Shown one piece after another: positions 1-8,275 of a stretch of DNA of 24,608 nucleotides. The notes beneath the pieces are model-generated. The model searched no databases. It saw only the letters and a program-made list of their open reading frames with translations, and was not told the origin of the DNA. The stretch is from a virus (lineage: Duplodnaviria; Heunggongvirae; Uroviricota; Caudoviricetes), in the IMG/VR virus record IMGVR_UViG_2534682159_000013. The stretch is one strand, 5' to 3'. Position 1 is the stretch's first letter. Every line of letters begins with the position of its first letter. Both the position numbers and the translations under genes were made by a program.

Positions 1-1131
1 TCAAATGACCAGTTTTTTCCATTCCTTACCGCGTGCGTCGTTGTAAATATCGGTCATTTTTTGATTCGAATGGCCCAGCAAAATTTTGGTATCAATTCCC
101 TGTTCTCTGAACAATCGTTCTGATAAAGATCTCTGCTCATGGAAAGAGGGTGGGGTGCCATTAGCACGCCAGTTGTAATCCACAGAATCCCGGGCTTTTT
201 TAAATGCAACGGTTAACGTTGCTGGCTTAACCATCCCGCCGCGCTTAGCTGTCCCTTTAGCATGATGGTGGTGCAATAGCCACGGACTAAGAACGCAATC
301 GCGACAGGATGACACCACATCATCCAGGGTGAGATTTAATTTATCGCAACGCAGAGCCAGAGGGATGGCAATCCGGGTTCCTGTTTTTTGCTGTTCGACA
401 TGAAGATAACCATCCCTGATATCCGAAAATTTCATTTTGCAAATATCTGAAAGGCGCTGGCCTGTCATCAGTGCCAGCAGCATACCACGCTGTAAAAAGT
501 AACCATCCTTTTCCGCTGCATTATAAATCATCATCCACTCATCAAAGGTCAGTCGTTGCCGTGATATCCGTACCTGTGGTTTTTTTGCCGATTCTGCAGG
601 GTTAAAGCCTGGCGGGACATCGCCCGTTTGCTGGGCCTCCCGGAAAACATCAATCAGTACTTTCCTGAAAATTTGTCCCATTCTGTTATGTCCTTTTGCC
701 TTGTAATCTTCCAGCACCGATACCACATCTTTTACGGTTATGGCATCTAAAGGTCTGGTACTAAAACGTTCATCAAATACCCTGAGAGGGGATGCTTTCT
801 GTTTCAGTGTGTTGAGTTTGATCTCTCCGTTTTCATATCTTTCCTGTTGAATTTTTCGGTAACTATTCAGAAAAACAGAAACGGTTGATGAACCACCGGT
901 ATCACGAATAATTTTCTCCTGCAGAGTGAGCATTTGTTCCATTTGTTGCCTGGCAAGACGGCTGTTCGCTTCTGCTGCAATAGCTTCTGCCTGTTTCTGG
1001 TCAATACTGCCGAGCCCGTGATTTTTTCCTGTTATGGGATGCCTGTAACGCCAGTAAACTTTGTTATTTCTTTTGTCAAAATACGGAGATAATCCCGGAA
1101 CTTCAGTTTTATATTTTCGTGGGCGCGCCAT
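1..1131 (-). CDS. int: Tyrosine integrase, lambda Int family (complete, stop at 1-3)
   Basis: 376-aa ORF. The C-terminal region has lambda-Int-like blocks ('HVEQQKTGTRIAIPLAL', 'PPSFHEQRSLSERLF', 'LLGHS', 'REW'); first gene of the minus-strand int-xis-exo arm. Confidence 0.92.
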   Translation of the reverse strand: MARPRKYKTEVPGLSPYFDKRNNKVYWRYRHPITGKNHGLGSIDQKQAEAIAAEANSRLARQQMEQMLTLQEKIIRDTGGSSTVSVFLNSYRKIQQERYENGEIKLNTLKQKASPLRVFDERFSTRPLDAITVKDVVSVLEDYKAKGHNRMGQIFRKVLIDVFREAQQTGDVPPGFNPAESAKKPQVRISRQRLTFDEWMMIYNAAEKDGYFLQRGMLLALMTGQRLSDICKMKFSDIRDGYLHVEQQKTGTRIAIPLALRCDKLNLTLDDVVSSCRDCVLSPWLLHHHHAKGTAKRGGMVKPATLTVAFKKARDSVDYNWRANGTPPSFHEQRSLSERLFREQGIDTKILLGHSNQKMTDIYNDARGKEWKKLVI

Positions 1132-1357
1132 CTTCCAGTATCCTCTTCAAAGCAGGGTGATCTGTGGCGATCACTTCCGGCTTGTTTACCATTCCGACAA
1201 AGCGAGCTCGAGGATCCACTCGCCAGTGTCTTCCAACTTTTTTGGGGAGAGGAAATATCATTCCGGCTTTAGCGTATTTACTTAACGTGCCCGGAGTCGG
1301 GACCGGGTCACTGAATTCCTCTTTTGCCCACTCAGTGAGAAGAATAAGTCTTGCCAT
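1109..1357 (-). CDS. xis: Excisionase (Xis-like)
   Basis: 82-aa ORF overlapping the int start by 23 nt, as in lambda xis/int. Resembles lambda Xis ('LLTEWAK', 'IFPLPKKVGRHW' vs lambda 'LTLQEW', 'IFPPPVKDGREY'). Confidence 0.75.
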   Translation of the reverse strand: MARLILLTEWAKEEFSDPVPTPGTLSKYAKAGMIFPLPKKVGRHWRVDPRARFVGMVNKPEVIATDHPALKRILEDGAPTKI

Positions 1358-1421
1358 GAGAGTTGTTCGCTAATCATGGTCGCCGCCACTATAGCTTGCG
1401 GGCGACGACCGGGGTTGAACA

Positions 1422-3893
1422 TTAAAAATCAGCCTGACTCGGGATCAGTTTTTGCCAGATGGCTGAAACGTATTTTGCCTGGTAACGCGCATCGTGCAGC
1501 GCGTTATGGCGTTCACCTTCGAATGGAATAGTCGTTCTTGCGTCGAAATCCATCACCAGTCCCAGAGCAACCATCGTTCTTACATCGCGATCATTGGTGT
1601 AACGCCACGGGCAGGGGATCCCCTGCCGTTCATATGAACGGCGTAAAATCACGTTGTCGAAAGTTGCACCGTTACCCCAGACCTGAACAAAAAATTCACC
1701 GGAGTTTTCGTCGATAAATTCCCGGAATTGCAGCAGTGCATCATCCAACGGGATTTCATCGGTCAGAATGGCGGATTGTGCTTCGCGTGACTGTTTCAGC
1801 CACCACTTAATGGTGCCCCGATCGATGACCCCGCCTGCGGTTTCCAGATCGATAGTTTTGCTGAATTCTGGCCCCATCTCTCCGGTTGCCGGATCAAAAA
1901 ACTTACCGGCTATAGCGTTTATTGGCGCATCAGGATTTTTTCCCATTGTTTCAAGGTCAATCATCAGATGGTGCCACAACCTGCTGGTGGATGTGATTTC
2001 ATGATGACCGTTCACTTTAATTAAGGGATTTGCTGTCTCGCCAGTTTTATTATCGCTGGCGTGATACTGATCGCTGATAGTGTTCTCCTTGTGCAGATGT
2101 TCAGTGCCTTCCATTTCCTCCGGATCATTTTCCTGAGCTTCAGCCTGATTCTCTTCATCGAATGTTTCCTGGTAGGTTGCGTTCCCCATCACCGCACCAC
2201 AGTCAGGACAGTTGCCGCCACCGGTCTGACCGCATGCGGTGCAAACTTTTTCCGGTTCTTGTTGCACTTCTGGTTCAGGCAGTTTCGTTTCTGGCTCGTT
2301 TTGTAACGCATTTGGACTGTTTTGTTCCGCTTTCTGGTCGTTTTGTTCCGATTCGGGCTGGTTCTGGTTCACAGAATCGCGGGTTTCAATCCCCTTAACC
2401 CATTTCGGATCATTCGGGTCGCTAATCCCTTCAACAAATTCACCACGTGATGCAGCAAGCAATTTATCGGTGTCAGGCTGGCTGATATTGGCTGCCTGCA
2501 TAATTTTGTTTACTTCGTCAGCGGTAACTTTTACCGGCTCTGGTTGTTCTGAATCTTCTGCGGTATCTGTATTTTGCTGTAAGCCCGTATATGTGCCATT
2601 TTTTCGGGCAAAATATTCTTCTTTTGAGATTTCGGTACCACCGGCAGCCAGCGCCTTGTCCAGGCCAGAAAGTTTGTTTGCCCTGCCGTATTTTTCCCCG
2701 TCCTTATCGGTAAAGACGAAATAAAACGGTCCTTCACGCTCTACAGATGGTTCAGCTTCCACCAGGATTTCATTTTTTTGAGAATTGGATTCTGCCGTCT
2801 CCACTGGATCAGTTTGTGCTGCTGACGACAGGATAGCATCAGCAGAGCTCTGGTCTGTTTCTTCATGTTCAAACACGCCCTTTGTCGTCAGGTATTCGCT
2901 GATGTATTTGTTCAGTGCAACGGGATCTTTGTGAATGTCGATCGGGCGCTCACGAACAAGGCCAAAAATAGTCTGACGGTCATAGCGAAGCGCATCAGGC
3001 TGTTTGCGCATTGATGCAGAGATACGCTTCCAGTCTTCGCGATCCTTGTCGATAACCTCATTTTTAGCCCAGCGATGGATGGTACCGTCAATGTTTCCGG
3101 CATCAATATCACCAGGCCAGAGAGCGTAAGCCAGCTCTTCATCCAGGGTTTTCCATGTCTGCTTGTATTCGCGACGAATGGCAGTAGTGACAGGGTTGAT
3201 TTTTGCTGCTGAGTTTTCAGTGTGCTGTTGGTTGACTCTGGCGCGGGCCAGCTCAACAACAGAAGTATGTTTCCCGGTTTCTTTTCGTTCTGCTTCGCGA
3301 CGTTTTTTCCAGGTGCGCATCTCTGCCTGAATTTCTGGCCATTTGGCACCAGGCTTACATTTATGCTTAACCCACCCGATGGCATACAGCTTAAGCTCCG
3401 GATACATGGCGTTAACTTCTGGCATTTTCATCAAAGCTTCCACGATATGTCCGTCGAAGGTTGCCATGTCTTCCTGCAACAATTCCTGTGCGCTAATCAC
3501 CATATCAACGGTGATGTTTTCACATGTATCGAACTTAACCATGACAGCGTTCTGTACTTCAGGGGCCAGCTTGTCAAAAGTGACGTTCATCGGATCTGAT
3601 TCAGGTTCGACCGGGACAAAGGAAGCAGACGCCTCATCCCAGCGGTTTTCCAGCATATATTCAGCATCCCAGGAGTCGAGGGCTGGGCGGGGTGTACCGG
3701 GTTTATCCTCACAGACAAGAAATTTATAAGCGCAGTCCTGAGCAGCCGGATAATGTTCAAGGAATTGCCAGTGAAATTTTGCGCGGGCGCGACGTTCATC
3801 ACCGGCTTCAATGGCAGTGGCCACAGCAACAGCGCCCTCGTTTTTTATTGCCTGTTCGTCAGGAATGGCAGCGCAAATAAATATTTTACTCAT
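1422..3893 (-). CDS. Large prophage exonuclease: C-terminal DnaQ-like DEDDh 3'-5' exonuclease domain, internal CxxC..CxxC zinc ribbon, low-complexity Q/E/N/P-rich linker
   Basis: 823-aa ORF. Exonuclease motifs read directly: 'MIDLETMG' (Exo I), 'VWGNGATFDNVIL' (Exo II), 'HNALHDARYQ' (Exo III). Zinc ribbon 'CTACGQTGGGNCPDCG'. A central block ('LLAASRGEFVEGISDPNDPKWVKG') matches my recollection of RecE, which is unverified. Confidence 0.8.
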   Translation of the reverse strand: MSKIFICAAIPDEQAIKNEGAVAVATAIEAGDERRARAKFHWQFLEHYPAAQDCAYKFLVCEDKPGTPRPALDSWDAEYMLENRWDEASASFVPVEPESDPMNVTFDKLAPEVQNAVMVKFDTCENITVDMVISAQELLQEDMATFDGHIVEALMKMPEVNAMYPELKLYAIGWVKHKCKPGAKWPEIQAEMRTWKKRREAERKETGKHTSVVELARARVNQQHTENSAAKINPVTTAIRREYKQTWKTLDEELAYALWPGDIDAGNIDGTIHRWAKNEVIDKDREDWKRISASMRKQPDALRYDRQTIFGLVRERPIDIHKDPVALNKYISEYLTTKGVFEHEETDQSSADAILSSAAQTDPVETAESNSQKNEILVEAEPSVEREGPFYFVFTDKDGEKYGRANKLSGLDKALAAGGTEISKEEYFARKNGTYTGLQQNTDTAEDSEQPEPVKVTADEVNKIMQAANISQPDTDKLLAASRGEFVEGISDPNDPKWVKGIETRDSVNQNQPESEQNDQKAEQNSPNALQNEPETKLPEPEVQQEPEKVCTACGQTGGGNCPDCGAVMGNATYQETFDEENQAEAQENDPEEMEGTEHLHKENTISDQYHASDNKTGETANPLIKVNGHHEITSTSRLWHHLMIDLETMGKNPDAPINAIAGKFFDPATGEMGPEFSKTIDLETAGGVIDRGTIKWWLKQSREAQSAILTDEIPLDDALLQFREFIDENSGEFFVQVWGNGATFDNVILRRSYERQGIPCPWRYTNDRDVRTMVALGLVMDFDARTTIPFEGERHNALHDARYQAKYVSAIWQKLIPSQADF

Positions 3894-3988
3894 TGTGTTT
3901 AAACCTCATTACAGATTTCAGGGTGAACGAATCCCTGCCATTGCTGGCATTTTTAATCCGTTGGTATGGCGTTAATATGGCTGGCGGG

Positions 3989-4177
3989 TTATCCAGCCGG
4001 TGTTTCGTTATTCAGGTACAGCGATACTTTGTTTAACGGGAGACATTCACCGGAAATTTTTTGCTCGTCTCTTGCCTGATGGCAGGATTCTTTACTGGCA
4101 TAAATTCCGGTAATCACATTCTGTGGCTCACCTGTTATCAGAAAAACCGTCATCATCAGTGCAAACGCTGAACTCAC
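3989..4177 (-). CDS. Hypothetical small protein with N-terminal hydrophobic segment and two Cys
   Basis: 62-aa ORF whose start overlaps the stop of the upstream ORF in an ATGA arrangement at 4174-4177 (translational coupling); lies in the early-left operon. Confidence 0.45.
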   Translation of the reverse strand: MSSAFALMMTVFLITGEPQNVITGIYASKESCHQARDEQKISGECLPLNKVSLYLNNETPAG

Positions 4178-4362
4178 TGCTGCCCTCCGAAAATGCCAAG
4201 TTTAATAAGGGCAATTCTGGAGAGAATGGAATTATCATTGAGAAGATAAGGCTCATATTTTCTCATCCTGATGGCATCTTCAGTAAACTCCCGGTTACTG
4301 AGCAGAATACCAATATTAAAACACCCTTCAGACGTATTAACGTTTGGTAGTGACGTTTCCAT
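4174..4362 (-). CDS. Hypothetical small protein
   Basis: 62-aa ORF with a GAGGA Shine-Dalgarno about 10 nt upstream of its ATG (seen on the minus strand); coupled to the 3989-4177 ORF. Confidence 0.45.
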   Translation of the reverse strand: METSLPNVNTSEGCFNIGILLSNREFTEDAIRMRKYEPYLLNDNSILSRIALIKLGIFGGQQ

Positions 4363-4890
4363 TATCGCGTCCTCAACAATGAATTTTGTGATGTGGTGCC
4401 TGGTGCCTCCAGGTGACGTTAACCAGTTAACAATTAACGCCGGATTGTTAGTTGATGTCTGTTACGCCAGTAAAAGACCGCTTGTTTTAACTGTTCCGCG
4501 TGCGCTTAGCCGCATTCACCGCATCACAAAATACACTTTAAAAATGGCGGATATCCATTTCCGCCGAATCACCAGAAAAGTGATAACAGAGGTTGTTGTG
4601 GCGGTGTTGTCACTCAGGCGTATGGTCAACCTGACAACCCGGTGCATTTTCTGGAGCAATGGAGGAAGCCTCAGCCATACTTACCGCCGCGCCATTTCGC
4701 GGATTGCCACAACCGGAAGCGCACGATCGAATTACATTTAACGACGACATATACAGAGAGACTAACTTCGCCGAGCGCTTTCGTGTTGTGTGCCTGCTTT
4801 TAACCACGTCAGGCGAGGTGGACCTGTTATTCCCCAACAACAAGGATCTTGTTAATCTGGATATCCCCAACAACAATAAGAGTATTGAAT

Positions 4891-5406
4891 GTGATCGCTG
4901 AATTAACGGCAGCAATGACGGCTATTCGTGAAACCGCTCAGATTGCAAAACTAATGAACGAGGCAAAAACTCAAGCTGAAGTAAATGCGGCTATTGGTGA
5001 ACTGAACTCAAAGCTTGCATCTATTCAGCACGAATGCGTGTCTCTCGTTGAGCTGGTGAGCACTTATCAAGAAATAAATGCTTCTCTCAAAGCTAAAATT
5101 GCAGAATTTGAAAACTTTGAGGCTCAGACGGAAGGTTATATCCTTAACCAACTTGAGTCGGGAACTTTTGTGTACTCGAAGGAGGTAACCGTGAACGGCG
5201 GCAGCATTATCATGCATCTTTGTCCAAAATGTTTTGGACAAAAGATAGTATCGATACTTCAACCATTCCCGGTTAGAGAATATGAGTTTTTTCATAAAAG
5301 CAGGTGCCTCTACTGTGAAAATCAGTTTCTTATGAATAAAAATCCGGATTATGTATCGCCTCCATCTATTGAGGAGTTGGCCAGAAAACTGAACGGCAAT
5401 CTGTAG
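4891..5406 (+). CDS. Hypothetical coiled-coil protein with C-terminal CxxC-x22-CxxC zinc ribbon, reverse-oriented moron
   Basis: About 171 aa from a GTG at 4891 (AAGAG Shine-Dalgarno 8 nt upstream); alternative starts are TTG 4849 and ATG 4915. N-terminal heptad-like, A/E/K-rich helix; 'CPKC' and 'CLYC' pair at the C-terminus. Visibly AT-rich; opposite in orientation to the surrounding minus-strand operon. Confidence 0.55.
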   Translation: MIAELTAAMTAIRETAQIAKLMNEAKTQAEVNAAIGELNSKLASIQHECVSLVELVSTYQEINASLKAKIAEFENFEAQTEGYILNQLESGTFVYSKEVTVNGGSIIMHLCPKCFGQKIVSILQPFPVREYEFFHKSRCLYCENQFLMNKNPDYVSPPSIEELARKLNGNL

Positions 5407-5519
5407 ATTGTTACTGTTATGGATATCCAGATTGTTAAAGAGCATGCCGGATGCTTGCTTGTGTCCGGCGCGTGTGCACCAGTTCTCCCCGTGGAGGATT
5501 CCTTAACTACCAGACTTCA

Positions 5520-5672
5520 TTAGTCAGAGTTTCTTGCTAACCAGCGACGCGCGCCAGCTTCAGTTTTAAACGTTTTGCTTCTGGTATACGTCATCGCGGT
5601 GAAGGTGCCGTCCTGGTTAGGGAACACACCGCATACCAGAGATTCGTTGTTGCCAAGATTGAGCGTATCCAT
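5520..5672 (-). CDS. Small 50-aa protein (MDTLNLGNNESLVCGVFPNQDGTFTAMTYTRSKTFKTEAGARRWLARNSD), possibly YdaF-like
   Basis: ORF below the size cut-off of the supplied track, found by hand. AATGAGG Shine-Dalgarno 7 nt upstream of the ATG; first ORF downstream of the leftward promoter region. The YdaF/DUF1391 resemblance is from memory only. Confidence 0.4.
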   Translation of the reverse strand: MDTLNLGNNESLVCGVFPNQDGTFTAMTYTRSKTFKTEAGARRWLARNSD

Positions 5673-5839
5673 GTTGACCTCATTTACCCTTAACGCCGGG
5701 TCGCGGAACTAAAAACCTGCTGCGCTGTTATACAAAGTGTTCCCGCCGTCATGTTCATACGCCTCGGGCTGGCTACTTAACTCCTGACCACTGCCGGGTA
5801 ACTCGAAGTATTGCCTGGCGTTCTGTGGGTGGGGTGGTT

Positions 5840-5905
5840 GGTTGATATAATGTACTTATTGTTCACTAATGTAAAGTACTTTTAGTACATTTTGTGAGGG
5901 ATAAA
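5840..5905. promoter_or_regulatory. OL-like operator/promoter module on the left side of the repressor gene
   Basis: Shares architecture with the OR region: 'aatgtact', a second 'gtact' about 25 nt later, then 'ttgtgaggg'. TATAAT-like hexamers on both strands. Confidence 0.4.
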
Positions 5906-5965
5906 ATATCAGGAGGGGATGAGAGGAGCATAAACCCGGAGGGAAGCTACCGGATTTATGCAGAT

Positions 5966-6385
5966 TCATGAGGCTTTTTGTTTTTTCTTTCGCGCTAATT
6001 CTTCATAAATTGCGTTGTACTTCTGTTTTTTCTCCTCAAGAGTTTTTAAAAGTTCATCAGTTTCACTGTCAGGGAGTTCATCAAGAAGTTCAATGATGAT
6101 TTTTTGCCTCGGACTTAACTCCTGATAGAAACGCAGGCTTCCGCTTTCTTCAGTGTCCTCCCCCAGAAGGTAAGTTGGTGTTGTTCCGATAAGTGCTGCC
6201 AATTCTTTCAGTTTCTCTCGACGGGGAATTGTCTCTCCATTAAACCATTTACTAACCGCTTTGGGTGTTAGCTTCATTCGACGGGCAATTTCTGCCTGCC
6301 TTCCGTGTTGTTCAAAGCCAGCATTTTCACAGGCTAGCGCAAGCCTGCTGGCGAACTCTTTACGCGCTTCATCTTCATGAACCAT
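5966..6385 (-). CDS. Phage repressor, XRE-family HTH (DicA/CI-like, no peptidase domain)
   Basis: 139-aa ORF. N-terminal HTH ('QAEIARRMKLTPKAVSKWFNGETIP') followed by an acidic/lysine-rich C-terminal helix; divergent from the Cro-like gene; no Shine-Dalgarno before the ATG, so possibly leaderless like lambda cI. Confidence 0.85.
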   Translation of the reverse strand: MVHEDEARKEFASRLALACENAGFEQHGRQAEIARRMKLTPKAVSKWFNGETIPRREKLKELAALIGTTPTYLLGEDTEESGSLRFYQELSPRQKIIIELLDELPDSETDELLKTLEEKKQKYNAIYEELARKKKQKAS

Positions 6386-6464
6386 AAGTTCAATGATATT
6401 TGCTATTGAATGTACTGTCAGTTCTGTTATATTGTGTACTCAAAGTTCATATTGTGAGGGTGAT
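6386..6464. promoter_or_regulatory. Divergent PRM/PR region with operator repeats (OR)
   Basis: 79-bp intergenic region between the divergent repressor and cro genes. Repeated 'tgtact' half-sites and 'aagttca' repeats; candidate rightward promoter TTGAAT-16-TATATT; GAGGG Shine-Dalgarno before the cro ATG. Confidence 0.6.
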
Positions 6465-6731
6465 ATGAGCCATGCAACACTTGCAGATGTAATCAAAGCA
6501 GTTCGCGTTTCTGTTGTAGCCGATGTTTGCGGTGTCAGCCAAAGAGCAATCTACAAATGGATGAATAATGGAAAATTACCGCGCACAGAATATACAGGCG
6601 AAACAAATTACGCTGAAAAAATTGCTCTGGCATCAAACGGATTATTTTCTGCTGATGCGGTTTTGACTATTGGCAGGATTAAGCCTACAGCGAATGAATC
6701 ACTGGCGGTGAACAATGAAAATCACCCCTGA
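6465..6731 (+). CDS. Cro-like HTH regulator (YdaS-like)
   Basis: 88 aa from the ATG at 6465 (the track ORF 6393-6731 extends further upstream). HTH 'VCGVSQRAIYKWMNNGKLP'; position divergent from the repressor. Confidence 0.7.
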   Translation: MSHATLADVIKAVRVSVVADVCGVSQRAIYKWMNNGKLPRTEYTGETNYAEKIALASNGLFSADAVLTIGRIKPTANESLAVNNENHP

Positions 6732-7266
6732 ACAGGTTTGTGAGGCTCTGGATGCCTGGGTATGCCGACCAGGAATGACACAGGAGCAGGCGACGATATT
6801 AATCACGGAAGCATTCTGGGCTCTGAAAGAACGCCCGAACATCGATGTTCAACGCGTCACGTTTAATGATGGCGAGGTTGATCAACGGGCGCTGGGCGTT
6901 AATCGAGTGAAGATATTCGAACGCTGGAAGGCTATCGACACCAGGGATAAGCGTGAAAAATTCACGGCGCTGATTCCGGCAATTATGGAAGCTATCCGGG
7001 TAAGTGATTTCAGGTTGTATTGTGAAATTACTGACGGAAAAAGCATTACGTACATGATCGCCGGGTTAAACAAAGAGTATGGCGATGTGGTGGAGTCCGG
7101 GCTGCTTTTTGCGGATCCAGTTGTTGTGGAACGTGAGACTGACGAGCTTATAGAAAAAGCCATTGCTTTCAAGCGTGCGTATCGTCAGCAATACCAACAT
7201 TACTTTGCAGATAAACAAATATCTGTCTGGGGTTCGTATGAGTATCGATGCACTACGATGGGCTAA
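6715..7266 (+). CDS. YdaT-like protein (putative CII-position regulator)
   Basis: 183-aa ORF overlapping the cro 3' end and the O-like 5' end. Assignment rests on synteny (cro, then this, then O-like) and size, not on a recognised motif. Confidence 0.45.
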   Translation: MKITPEQVCEALDAWVCRPGMTQEQATILITEAFWALKERPNIDVQRVTFNDGEVDQRALGVNRVKIFERWKAIDTRDKREKFTALIPAIMEAIRVSDFRLYCEITDGKSITYMIAGLNKEYGDVVESGLLFADPVVVERETDELIEKAIAFKRAYRQQYQHYFADKQISVWGSYEYRCTTMG

Positions 7267-8275
7267 AAAGGTGAAAACCGGCAGTTCATCCAGTAAGTCA
7301 GTATTGACCTGGCTTGCTGATATGTGCGGTGCCGATTTGTGCGCATACCCGTCTATATCTGCACTGGCAGAAGTAACGGAACTGAACAAAAAGACTGTGC
7401 AGGACAGTTTACGACACCTGATGGAGATTGGGTTAATTGTTGATACTGGTGAGAGAAAAGGCAGAACAAAGCAAATTGTGGTGTACCGACTTATCGGTGT
7501 AGAAGAAAGTGTTGCCGAGCCTGAATACACCCAAAAACGGGAGTCTTTAAAGGTGGGTAAAATTGGTACTGTTAATAAAAACAGTACCGAAAATGGTTAT
7601 GTTTCAGCACAAAACAAACCCAAAAACGGAACTCTTAGCTGCATGGAAAATAACCAAAGACACCCAAATTTTCCATCAAAGACACCCAAAAACGGATCAC
7701 GGAACCCAAAGGAACCCAAAGATCTAAACCCCACACATAACGCACGCGAGAGTGCTCCGACCAGTGAGCAGGAAGTTTTGTCGTTACAGGCAGCGCCCCC
7801 TGTATTCTTGGATGGCCTGAGCGAACCCATCGGGAAATTTTCGATGACTACTGTCTGGCAGCCGTCGCCGGATTTTCGACAACGGGCAGCAGTGTGGGGT
7901 ATGGCTCTGCCTGAGCCGGAATTTACACCTGCTGAGCTTGCCGCATTCCGGGATTACTGGATGGCGGAGGGGAAGGTTTTCACGCAGGTTCAGTGGGAGC
8001 AGAAATTTGCCCGCCACGTGCAGCACGTCAGGGCACAGGTAAAACCAGTCAGCAAGGGGGTAAGCCATGCAGCATCAGGTGGCACGGCATCACGGGCAGT
8101 TCAGGAAATCCGGGCAGCACGCGAACAGTGGGAACGTGAAAACGGATTTATCAGCAACGGAAACGGCCTGGAAGCTGTGGGAGCTTATGGGGGAGGTGTA
8201 TTCGAACCGCTGGACTCAGAAGAATGGGGCCGCACCTTCGAAGCTCTGGATTGCCCAGATTGGTGCGATGACTGA
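7238..8275 (+). CDS. Replication initiation protein, O-like (N-terminal winged-helix, C-terminal DnaT-like region)
   Basis: 345 aa from the ATG at 7238 ('MSIDALRWAKKV...'). N-terminal HTH 'SISALAEVTELNKKTVQDSLRHLMEIGLI'; followed by the P-like gene. Confidence 0.7.
   Translation: MSIDALRWAKKVKTGSSSSKSVLTWLADMCGADLCAYPSISALAEVTELNKKTVQDSLRHLMEIGLIVDTGERKGRTKQIVVYRLIGVEESVAEPEYTQKRESLKVGKIGTVNKNSTENGYVSAQNKPKNGTLSCMENNQRHPNFPSKTPKNGSRNPKEPKDLNPTHNARESAPTSEQEVLSLQAAPPVFLDGLSEPIGKFSMTTVWQPSPDFRQRAAVWGMALPEPEFTPAELAAFRDYWMAEGKVFTQVQWEQKFARHVQHVRAQVKPVSKGVSHAASGGTASRAVQEIRAAREQWERENGFISNGNGLEAVGAYGGGVFEPLDSEEWGRTFEALDCPDWCDD

Noticed and set aside
1768-3829. Plus- and minus-strand track ORFs inside the exonuclease gene (for example 2239-2724, 2912-3385, 3222-3599, 3343-3729)
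   Set aside because: Shadow ORFs within a long, well-supported CDS; low-complexity translations.
4610-4915. Minus-strand 101-aa ORF as an early-left gene
   Set aside because: It overlaps the start of the plus-strand cassette gene, has no Shine-Dalgarno, and has a low-complexity translation. Kept only as part of the unexplained 4363-4890 interval.
5008-5445. Minus-strand 145-aa ORF antisense to the coiled-coil/zinc-ribbon gene
   Set aside because: Translation is low-complexity and Ile/Asn/Leu/Lys-rich, as expected for the antisense of an AT-rich gene. The plus frame has coherent coiled-coil and Cys-pair features and a Shine-Dalgarno.
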